DNA from: Nitrososphaerota archaeon
Lineage (GTDB): Archaea; Thermoproteota; Nitrososphaeria_A; Caldarchaeales; Caldarchaeaceae
Direction of reading: 5' to 3'
DNA length: 64,000 bases
NCBI GenBank assembly: GCA_041641305.1
Contig: JBEPYN010000002.1
Span: 224,001 to 288,000, forward strand
The notes below the pieces were generated by a model that worked only from the letters and a program-made list of their open reading frames with translations, searched no databases and was not told where the DNA came from. This document shows, in pieces, positions 48,238 through 58,400 of this stretch (its first letter is position 1; each line of letters opens with the position of its first letter). Both the position numbers and the translations under genes were made by a program.

Positions 48238-48356
48238 TAGCCCGGGCCGGATTCGAACCGGCGTCCTCGGGGTTCTCCTCACGGAGGAGTGATCCAGAGC
48301 CCGAGATCCTTGGCCCTTGTTTTTCTGACCAGGTTTGGCCGCTAGACGACCGGGCT
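48238..48356 (-). tRNA. tRNA-Gln(CTG) with two introns (25 nt at 21/22; 21 nt at 37/38)
   Basis: Removing 48310-48334 and 48273-48293 gives a 73-nt cloverleaf AGCCCGGTCGTCTAGCGGCCAAGGATCTCGGGCTCTGGCCCCGAGGACGCCGGTTCGAATCCGGCCCGGGCTA; both junctions form BHB-like motifs. Confidence 0.93.
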
Positions 48357-48390
48357 GCGTAGGGGTGTTTGTTTTGGTTGTTTATAGATG

Positions 48391-48963
48391 TTATTGTCTT
48401 GTTTTCTTGAATATTGGGAGGACGCCGAGGTAGATGACGTCTTTGTGGTGTTCGCCTTCGACGAGGACTGTTGCTTTTTTGGTGACTATGCCGCCGGCGA
48501 GGTTCACGATTTTCTCCATGGCTTCCATGGTGTTTTTTGTGCTGACGATGTCGTCAACTATTCCGACTTTTTTGCCCCTGATGTAGGGAACGTATCTCCC
48601 ATCTATCACCAGCTCAAGGTCTTTCGTAGAGGTTATGGGCCTGTAGCTGACGACTATAGGGTCTTTCATGAAGGCTTTCCGCTCTTTTCTGCAGACTATG
48701 TAGCGTGGGTGGCCGAGTGTTGCTGCTATTTCGTGGACAAGCGGTATCCCCTTGCTCTCCGATGTGACGAGGATTTCGCAGTCCCGTAGATGATCCGCCA
48801 GTATCTTTGCACAGTAGGCTATGAACTCCCGGTCCCCGAGGCTGTCGAAATAAGCTATCCAAGTATCGGGTGAAACCTGTATAAGCGGCAGCTGCCTGCG
48901 AAAATCTCTCACAACAAGCTCGTAAAAAGCCCGCCCATCATACTCAAGCACCGTGGACGACAA
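48391..48963 (-). CDS. Purine/adenine phosphoribosyltransferase-like protein
   Basis: ESKGIPL, RK..KAFM, IVDDIVST PRPP loop. Confidence 0.87.
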   Translation of the reverse strand: MSSTVLEYDGRAFYELVVRDFRRQLPLIQVSPDTWIAYFDSLGDREFIAYCAKILADHLRDCEILVTSESKGIPLVHEIAATLGHPRYIVCRKERKAFMKDPIVVSYRPITSTKDLELVIDGRYVPYIRGKKVGIVDDIVSTKNTMEAMEKIVNLAGGIVTKKATVLVEGEHHKDVIYLGVLPIFKKTRQ

Positions 48964-49143
48964 ACACCACGCACCGGCTTAGAACATTTCTCTAAGGAGA
49001 TATTTTATTATTCTCGCGGCGGGATTCCTCAGCCCACCTCATCGTCTACACATTTTTCCATGTTTCTGGCGCGGGATATTGTCCCGCGATTACCTTGATA
49101 TTTTGAGGTGAAGTAATCGGGGAATTGGCCATCGGGGTATTCG

Positions 49144-50340
49144 GTGAATGATTATAGCGTGGAGCAGGTTGCTTCGGGTTTTTTGATGACGGAAATAGCG
49201 TACATATCCAGCAGCGAGGTTTCTGATTCGTGGAAGGGTGTTGGGAGGAGCTGGGGGCACTCGCTTCACCGCATCATGTCGAGGACGGGCTCGTTTCCGC
49301 CAGCTTTGGCGCGATGGGTTATTACGAGGTTTTCGGAGCGCGGTGACCTGGTTCTTGACCCGTTTTCCGGAAAGGGAACTGCTCCTCTCGAGGCATGTTT
49401 GACGGGCCGCATAGGCCTGGGTAACGACCTTGCTCCAGAGGCTTATGTTGTGACCCGTGCGAAGGTGAAGCCTGCTATGCTGCGGGATGTTAGAGGCTGG
49501 CTTGAGAATGCTTCTAGGGTTATGAGGCCTGACACGGTCTCGGTCTACGATGTCGACGAAGATGTTCGAGCCTTCTACCATCCCCAAACACTCAAACAGA
49601 TACTTGCCGTCAGGGAGCTGCTCCTAGGCTCGGACGATGATGTGGCAAACTTTGTGAAGGCCTGTATGCTCGGTATTCTACATGGCTCATCTGAGATAAG
49701 CTTGAGTGTTCCATGCAGCCATTCTTTCTCGATGGCTCCGGGCTACATGAGACGGTATGTGGCGAAGCATGGGTTGAAGAAGCCTGTTAGAAACGTGTTG
49801 GCCTGTTTGCTGAGGAAGGCTGAGTCTGTTTTGGCTGATGGATTGCCTGAGACAAGGGGCGTGGCCTTCAACATGGATGCCGCCACGCTCCCCCTAGCCG
49901 ACGGATCTGTCGACCTCATCGTAACCTCGCCGCCATACCTAAACCTGCAGACATATGCCTGGGACAACTGGTTGAGGCTCTGGTTCCTTGGACACGATTA
50001 CCGTGTCGTAGGTAAGCGGCTTTTCGGCACGCAGTCTGTTAAACGGTATGTCGAGTTTATGGGGAGGGTTTTGGATGAGTTTTTCAGGGTGTTGAAGCAG
50101 GGTGGATACTGTGTGCTGGTTGTGGGTGATGTGAAGTCGGGTGGTCGTCGGGTGGATTTGGCGGAGCTGTTGGTTGAGCCTGCTGAGAAAAGCGGGTTCA
50201 CCTCACGGGCCATCATAAGCGACGGGATAAGACGGGGACACAAGTATCTGATGTATCTTAAGCCTTGGCAGGGTGTTGACAGGGAGAAGGTTCTTGTTCT
50301 GTCTAAGGGTGAGCCTCGGAGGATGGTGAGGATAACGTGA
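49144..50340 (+). CDS. DNA methyltransferase (N4-cytosine type, alpha-like motif order)
   Basis: GSFPPALA, VLDPFSGKGT (motif I), long insert, DLIVTSPPY (motif IV), RVLK.GG; start may be ATG 49186. Confidence 0.87.
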   Translation: MNDYSVEQVASGFLMTEIAYISSSEVSDSWKGVGRSWGHSLHRIMSRTGSFPPALARWVITRFSERGDLVLDPFSGKGTAPLEACLTGRIGLGNDLAPEAYVVTRAKVKPAMLRDVRGWLENASRVMRPDTVSVYDVDEDVRAFYHPQTLKQILAVRELLLGSDDDVANFVKACMLGILHGSSEISLSVPCSHSFSMAPGYMRRYVAKHGLKKPVRNVLACLLRKAESVLADGLPETRGVAFNMDAATLPLADGSVDLIVTSPPYLNLQTYAWDNWLRLWFLGHDYRVVGKRLFGTQSVKRYVEFMGRVLDEFFRVLKQGGYCVLVVGDVKSGGRRVDLAELLVEPAEKSGFTSRAIISDGIRRGHKYLMYLKPWQGVDREKVLVLSKGEPRRMVRIT

Positions 50341-51431
50341 TAGCGGAGGTTCACGGCGACGTCTGCAGACTCGGCTACCTGAAGCTTATTCCCTGCATTC
50401 TCGAGGATGGTTCGCCGCGTTCGGCTGACTACTTGGCCTCGGTGTTGTATGAGACATGTAGGGCCTTGGTCGACGATGTTGGAGAGATGCTTGGCATGCT
50501 TAGGACTGAGGTTAACGCACGCAACTATGTCAAGCTGGCTGCGCAGCTGGGGTTCTACGACAGGGTTTCGGGTAGGCCAGGCCTCTATGGAGCGGCCTAC
50601 ATCTGTCTCAATTCTTCGGAAGCTTTGCGGAAACATGTCTCGGGAGAGAGGACGGCCGTGGTCTCAGAGGTTTTGAGGTTGACCGATGTTGAGAAGACAC
50701 TTTTCCTCCACGCGCTTCTGAGCAAGGATTTCTACATTTTTTCTGGCATGCTTAGGTGGATGGCTGATGTGCATGAGTTCAGCCGTCTCGAGGCCATGTA
50801 TGCTGTGATGGAGGAGGTCTATCCCGAGGCTCTGAGACGGTTGCTGAAGAGGTTGCCGGAAAGGCGGCGGGCCATGGTTCAGAAGGAGCTTGAACAGGCC
50901 ACGAGTTTTCGTGAGGAGAGGCTAAAGTATGCTTCGAAGGCTGAGTGGATTAAGAGCCGTCTCTACGCCAAGTATAGGCACTTTGTTCCGCCGAGGCTGG
51001 AGTGGATGGTTGACATCGGTTTCCTCGAGAGGGTGAAGCGGGCGCGGTATAAGGTCTCGCAGAAGTTTCTGAAAAATGTCCGCGAGTTGTCGGATGTGTT
51101 TGAGAAGCCTGTGGAGAGGGTTGACCAGACTTTCTTCACCACGTTTGTTCCATTGTTTCACAGTGTTAGGATTGGGGGGCAGAAGGCTGAGATGCAGGCA
51201 TTGCTTGATGTCTACCGTGTTCTCCATAGAGCGCTTGGAAAAGTTAAGCTGAATGTTCTCTGCCTCGCCGCCGCCTACCGTCTTCTCGAGGAGGGATATA
51301 GGTCAACCCCCGCATCTGTTTCACGCACCTTCAGCTATCTCTCGCTATTACACAGTGACAGGGTCTTCACAAGCATCTCTGACGACGGCTCACCCGAGGT
51401 TACGCTTCTCGACATACAGACTGTTGAATGA
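50337..51431 (+). CDS. Hypothetical protein coupled to MTase
   Basis: 364-aa ORF, GTGA overlap with MTase stop; no family recognised. Confidence 0.7.
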   Translation: MIAEVHGDVCRLGYLKLIPCILEDGSPRSADYLASVLYETCRALVDDVGEMLGMLRTEVNARNYVKLAAQLGFYDRVSGRPGLYGAAYICLNSSEALRKHVSGERTAVVSEVLRLTDVEKTLFLHALLSKDFYIFSGMLRWMADVHEFSRLEAMYAVMEEVYPEALRRLLKRLPERRRAMVQKELEQATSFREERLKYASKAEWIKSRLYAKYRHFVPPRLEWMVDIGFLERVKRARYKVSQKFLKNVRELSDVFEKPVERVDQTFFTTFVPLFHSVRIGGQKAEMQALLDVYRVLHRALGKVKLNVLCLAAAYRLLEEGYRSTPASVSRTFSYLSLLHSDRVFTSISDDGSPEVTLLDIQTVE

Positions 51432-51537
51432 AGTGGTCAGACTGCCCATCGTCCATCACCAGCTCAAGATGGACGTTCGTCATCATCCCGGTTAACTGTT
51501 CTACAAACCGTGTATAAAACCCTAACAGCGTGGAGAG

Positions 51538-52169
51538 TTAGGAAATCTCGACCACTTTCAGGGGTGTGAGGCTCCCGCTCCATTTGAGAACCCAGACATC
51601 CTTGGACTCGGCGTATTTCAGCGCGTCTGGCACGGCGTAGTCTGCGTAAACTACTTTCACCAGCTTTGGCCTCAGGGCTTCGGGCTTTTTCTGCTTCAGA
51701 AGCTCAACCTTCTCCAACACCTCGTCAACCATTGCCATCTCCATCCGGACAGTAGCCTCGCCGACAACACCAAGTCACCGGCGACACCGTAGATATCAAT
51801 CTCCCGCGAATCCACAAAAAGCCTGCCCAGCTCCACGTCAACCTCCAGCATCTCCCTCAGCCGATGCCTAACGTGGCTGAGAGCCTTCTCCTCAACGCTT
51901 ATCGTCAACCTATCCAGCTTGACGGCCACCCTGTCAAGAGTAATCCTTATATCGCGAACTTCAGCCCATAACTTTTCCTGCCCCTTCCACATTTTTTCTT
52001 GTCCTTCTCTGGAAGTTTTCAGTTCTTCCCAGATTTTTCTCATCTCGGTCTCCATCGCGTCCATTCGTTTCAGGATCTCGGATAGTCCGAGGTAGCCGGC
52101 GATGGTGTAGCGGAGTTCTTCGTCTTCTTTGAGGAGTTTGAGGATGGTTTTTTTGAGGCGTGTGGCCAT
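51538..52169 (-). pseudogene. Frameshifted coiled-coil + PD-(D/E)XK-like protein
   Basis: ORF 52169-51696 (heptad repeats, EIDIYG) continues in another frame as VVGEATVR...VWVLKW; shift near 51770. Confidence 0.75.
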
Positions 52170-52422
52170 GGGGGGTTTCTGTTGTTTGTTTGGTGGGGGT
52201 GTTTTTAGGGTTTGTGGCCTTTTTTGTTTGGGTGTGTTTTTGGGTTTTGGCTGTGTTCTAGTTTTGTAGAATGTGTTGTTTTTTGTGTTTTTGTGGTTTT
52301 TTGGCGGGTTTTTCTGTTTTGGGGGTTTGGTTTTTAAGGGTGTGGTATTACGGGGGTGTTGTTGTTTGTATTTTTTGGATGTTGTTGTCCAGAGTTTTGG
52401 AGGGGTTCTAGACTGTTACGGG

Positions 52423-52430
52423 TTATATAG
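52423..52430 (+). promoter_or_regulatory. TATA box of giant surface-protein gene
   Basis: TTATATAG 24-31 nt upstream of ATG 52454, consistent with a leaderless transcript. Confidence 0.6.
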
Positions 52431-52453
52431 TGGGTGTTGGGCTGGGTGTGTTG

Positions 52454-55400
52454 ATGATTGGAAAAAGTCAAGCAGTTTTGCTAGCTTTGCTGCTGGCTTT
52501 GCCGACGGCTTTCCTTGGAGCTTCGCTTGTCGCGCCGGCTTTCGCACAAACCAACTACACCGCATGGCTAAAAATAGTGACAAGCGCATGGGAGGGAACA
52601 CCAACAGTTTATCCACCGGTAACCCCTGACCCTGCACGCACAGGATACGCAGAGAGATACAACGTTACCAATGTTTGTGTCGAGGTTTACCGGTTTAAGC
52701 AGCCCAGACAAGACCATGACTTCAATAATCCTAATTGGGCTCGTAACTTTCTTGGGAACCTGACTTGGGAGGGTCCAGCACTGCCTGTGACTGATAGGCC
52801 TAACGGTACTGGGTTTATTCAGATTCGGTGGCCTGCGGGATGGGATAACTTCACGGTGATTGTAAAAGCGAGGAGCTATCAGGGAGATTGCATCGGTGCC
52901 GGAAACCCGTTCAGAGGAATCATAGTCTATTGGTTGACGGTTAACGCGACGGAGAGGTTCAAGCATGCACTAATAGGGGCGCCATGGGTATTGACACCAA
53001 CGATACCTTACGGAAGCAACGTTACCCTTAACGATGACGGCATATGGGATATCCATCCAGGCGCCTTTGACTTCAATTTGCCTAGGGCGGATTTGGGGTC
53101 TGGTCCGGTGGACTTCTTGGACAATGCTACTTCTATAGGCTATGACCCGAAGTGGTTCGCGGGTAACTTTAGCACCCCTGGTAGGGCGTGGGTTGCCCGT
53201 GCCGCGTACATGTTCAAAGTCTTCCACGAACACAGCTGGTACAGTCTTAAGGATAACTTGACATACGCTACCATCTTCATCTATGACACGGACCATACGG
53301 ATGCCGGCTCCTCCACATCCCTCCTACAGGCCGCTATCACGGGCAATGATGGACAGAGCAGGTATACGCGTGAGATTTACCCTGCTTACCAGGGGTTGAA
53401 CGAGTATGGACCCGGCACAAGAGGACGATACGCCGACAACAGGCTTGTTCCCATACCGTTGCAGATACTGAACCTCGGTAACAAAACAGCCTTCCACGGA
53501 GGAATAGTTGCTCCAGACACCGCTCCCAATACACGTAGTCCGATAGGGGCTCCGCATCTCAACGCCACTAAGAGAGTCTGGTGGGAGACAGTATTAGTGA
53601 ACCAGACACTCTACGTGGGCGACGAATACAACGGAACAGCTGGCTTTGTGGACCTTGCGCCATCCCTCAATAAATGGAGACCGTTGTTCGGAGGCTTCTC
53701 AGCAGACCCGACACTTAGCTCAACAGTTACACAAGGCGGGGTAACAGGAGTCGCTGCAGGGCCTCTCAGCCTCGCCCTAAACCACACAGCCGTTCCAAGA
53801 AGCGCCTCGGCGACTGATGGCTTTGATACATGGCCCGTAACAGAAGCAAACGTAACAATCACAGCCAACTTCAACAACAACACCGTGTTCTATGCTAGGT
53901 TCTGTGTGCAGGACGCTGACCTGAATATTCAGCATCCTGAAGTAGGTGATAAAATGGTTGGCGCCGAGGTGACGCTTAACTTCAAGACATCCGCCAACAC
54001 GCCCTACTATCTCGCCCACAGCATTCACACGACGGGCAGCGACGGCTGCACCGACGACCCGCACAAGTGGCCAGGATACCTAAGCAAATTCAGCAGGTAT
54101 GGACGCTTCCCCAACGGCACCGACTGGAGCCTCAGAGGAAGCCTCAACGCCAGCTACTTCTTCAACCCCGTCGACGACGCCTCACCCGTGTGGAGGCCTG
54201 GTGGATACTTTGAGCGGGCTTGGGGCGGAAGCTGGCAGGGACCATACATCAACGCAGGCAGGAACTGGAGCGCCCTCATCCCCGAAATCACCTACATGAA
54301 GACGAGAACCCTGAGCGATGACCCGCGGTGGGGAGGCTTCGAGATACAGGTCAAGTGGAAAGGCGGAAGCAGAAACGGATACGGCGGCAGCCCCGTACTC
54401 GTCGACAGCGTAAGAGTACGCAACCCATACGCCATAGCAGCGACAAACACAACAACATACAACGGATGGAAGAGACCCAACCTAGACAGCACACCGGGCG
54501 ACGACGACACCGTCTGGAACTTTGTCCTCGTCAAAATCCACGAAGTCGCAGGAGACACATTCACAATAGGAACCAAAGTCCTCCGGCCGCCGGTAACCCT
54601 GATGCTAAACTCGACAGGACCAATAACAATCGTACTAGGTGGTTTTGACCCCGTCGCAGAAACCTTGAACATAGCCGTCACAGGCACAGTCGATGTATGG
54701 ATAGTCGAGAATGCGACACTCGCTGACGATACCGTCACAGACCCTGCAATCATAGGGGCGAAGGCGTCGATAAAGTACCATGAAGCAAGAACCGGCTCAA
54801 ACATTCTCAATGGACAGTTCTTTGGAGATGGTTGGCTTGACATAGGGCCCGACGGCGTCCCAGACAACACCGGAATAGGCGCGTTCACACTCGGCACCAC
54901 AGCTGAAACGGGTGCAGCGGAGGTTGAGATATGGCCAGGCCCCGTGGGAACAGGAACTCTACGAGTCCTGCTCTCGCAGAACAACACTGACATCGCCACG
55001 TATATTGACTTCACTGGCGGGATGCTGTTAGGCGGTACACCAACTATTCCAGCATGGAACCTATTCGCTAACGCGCGGCAGGTTATACTGCTTCAGCCGC
55101 TTGCGGAACATGAGGCTCCAGACATAGCGCTCTACAGAACAGGGCTAGTATACATCACCGCCAAAGTCCATGACATAGCCTACAGGCTTGTCGACAACCT
55201 CGGCAACCCAATCCCAGCCGCCAAAACAGCCGTAACACTCAGCCGCGGCAACGGACCAAACGTAGTCAAAGAAGGAGCAGGCTCAGACCCAGACAGACTA
55301 CTCGGAGGACTTGGATGGAGCTACAACATACACGGCGAAGGATGGGCAGTCTTCTACCAGCTACCGATGGAGTCAGCCTACACAGTGACAGTCACCTACG

Positions 55401-58400
55401 ACGGCGTGCCGGTCGGAGAAGCATCGATAGACAAGCTAACACACACCATCATGGAAGACCTCGTAGTCAACGTATTCAAGGTCAAGCTAGTCTTCGTCGA
55501 CTGCGAAGACAGCCCGCTCTCGAGAGAAGCATTCGTCAGAATCACGCCACCATCGCCTGCGACACCCTACACATCCCAGCTCGATAGCACAGGAGCTCTC
55601 GACTTCGGCTACCTCGCGGGAGGCGAATACACCATCAACGGGGTATGGTGGAAAGGCGTCTGGGTCAAGTTCGCTGAAGCGAGAATAGGCTCGCGGACAC
55701 TCAGCCTCAACCCCGACGGAAGCTTCACATTCACAGTCGACAGCAACATCGACGCACCCATCAAACTCAAAGCGCTCATCAACGACTTCGTCTTCACCAC
55801 ATGGGACTTCAACCAAGACAACAAAATACCCAGGCTCAACATCACCCTCACATGGGTAGGCGAACACCCGCTAACAGGCAGAAGAATGTACTTCCTCGAA
55901 ACAATGGACCCGCCAATCGACACCAACACAGACCCATTCAACACATCCGTGGCCTTCAGCCAGTTCTTCCGCTACGACATCGACCACTTCTTCGGCGGCG
56001 TATCCAAGGCCAACGGCCTCAAGACCTACGGAGACGTCCGCTACATCTTCTACAAGATGCCCAGCACCTACTACAACATAACGGTAACAACAGTAACCTC
56101 AGGCGACGCCGAGACAGTGCAGACACCAGGCAACAGCAAATGGCCAGGCAGAACAGTCCCCGTCGACTACGAAATCAAGATAGACTGGACAAGCCACAGC
56201 AGCGCACCAAAAGTTAGAAACACACCTGCAACCATCAACGACAGGGTTGTCCTCAGAGTCTACATGACATGGGGCGGCCAATTCGTCACAGACCCAGACC
56301 TCAACCCAATAGGCAACGCCACACTATACACAACATGCGGCCCAGTCAACATCGACCTCCTCACATGGGCCCACACCTTCTACCAGCGCATCGTCGACGG
56401 CGACTTCGACTACCTCAACGAAGCACGCCGCATAGGCAACGCAACATACCACATAGTCAACGACAACGGCGTAATGATGGAGATGTACATACCCGAGGAG
56501 GGAGTCTTCTCCAGCCTCTTCGTAAGCAAATGGACCGAGGACACACTTCTAACCACATGGCTCAAAGCAGAGAGCCAGCACAGCAGCAACATATGGTGGA
56601 ACGGCACCTACCGCAAACAAGACCTCCAGTTCTACGACTATGTTTACCCGCTCGAGTTCACCAGAGGCGAGGAGCCGTGGGCAAGGTTCTACGACAGAGT
56701 CGGGCTAACAGGAAGCGGATGGCTGACAACGCAGAGAGGGCCTCTAACGAGTCCAGGTCCAGGAGGAGATGTTAGGCCAGGAGACAGCTTCCTCATAACC
56801 GAGTTCTTCAACGTAACGACAGGCCAGAACGACAACGCCAAGTACCCGACCCACAACTTCACAGTCGTCGGCAGCGAAGGCCTATGGAACCAGCAGAGAT
56901 GGAGATGGGAGCAGGCAGTAGCTGACGGCCTCGTGCCAGAGGTTCCAGCAAGACCCTACAGCCTCGTCTTCGAGAAACAAGTCGTAACCGTGCCCATACC
57001 CGTGGGCTTCATAACCCTCAACCTCAAAGACGAAGACCTCGCAAGACCCATACCATACGCAGTAGTCCAACTAGACGTATACTATGATGATTCGGGCACG
57101 GCAGAACGCAGTTCTTCGGTTCTCTACAAGACAGGAGCCAATGGCAACCTCACACTCCTCTATCCAACTCAGGAGGCGATGGAGAACATCCTAGGCTCCT
57201 CGGTTGTTAACTACACGTTGACCGTCTACTGGTACCTCAACAGCAGCATCGTCTACAAAGACGCCTTCAACCTCACCAAGAGAGGCTACTCGGTTGACAA
57301 AGTCGCCATCGCCGACGTAACCTTCGTCCTCGCCATAAGCGCCAACAAAGACAGACCCGTCAAAGACCTCTATGCAAGAATATGGTGGTTCAACGTCACC
57401 GACGGCGAAACTGTCTTCCCAGGCAGGATAACCGTCGACCACGCCCGCAAGACATGGACCTACACAGCAGTCCCCGAAACCCGTGGAGCAGCCAAATGGA
57501 CAACAGGGCAGCTCACCTTGCCATGGCTACCAACCAGCGAACGGTTCACAAGAACCGACTGGGACCTCGTCTTTGACTCAGACGAAGGCAGATGGGTCTA
57601 CGACGAGATAACCAAGACATGGGACATACCCTACCCAAGCTACAGCGACGGAGCACCCATTGACGGGTGGCCATACAACCCAGTGCCCACAGGCTACTAC
57701 CGCGCCCTAAGCTTCACAGAGAACGCCAGAATACAGTACCGCATCAGCGTATGGAGCGACCAGCTGCCAATCGATCCATCCCTGCCACAATACGGTAGCG
57801 GCGCATGGAGCAGACCCGCTCCACAGCCGGCTGCAGGAGACCACTACGAGCTCGTCTGGACAAGACTCAGCACAGGCGACACCTCGGTACCGGTCTTCAG
57901 ATTCGCGTGGATGCTCTTCGGACACCCGCCCTTCGACATCACCTACTACCGTGGACCCGACGCGGTAGGCATCTTCCAGCCCATACCCGGCTACGCACTA
58001 ACCAGGACATGGACAGCCACACCCGCACCAGGAAGCAAAGTCGTCGCCATCAAGCTCAACGCCACCGACGTCGACATCCCAGTCTTCTGGCAGGTAGGAG
58101 ACCTTGAGCTCGGAACATACGACTGCGGACCACTCGTCGGCTACATCGTCAAAGGCAGAATAGTACCACCACTAGGCGCAACATTCGGCCCAAGAACCAT
58201 CGACGCCGTAACCACACCTGGAACCATCACAGTCGGAGACAAGACAGTCAACGTATGCATCGTCGGCAAACCAGTAGGCCTCGTAACAGTCGCCAGCGGA
58301 GACACACCATCGACAGTCATCTGGGGCAATAGCTCTCTTGTAATCGATGAGGTCTCGCCACCACCGAGCATATGGTACAACGACGGCACAGGCCAGGCAG

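Noticed and set aside
52273-52629. 118-aa Phe/Gly/Val/Cys-rich ORF
   Set aside because: Artefact of the G/T tract and out of frame with the surface-protein gene.
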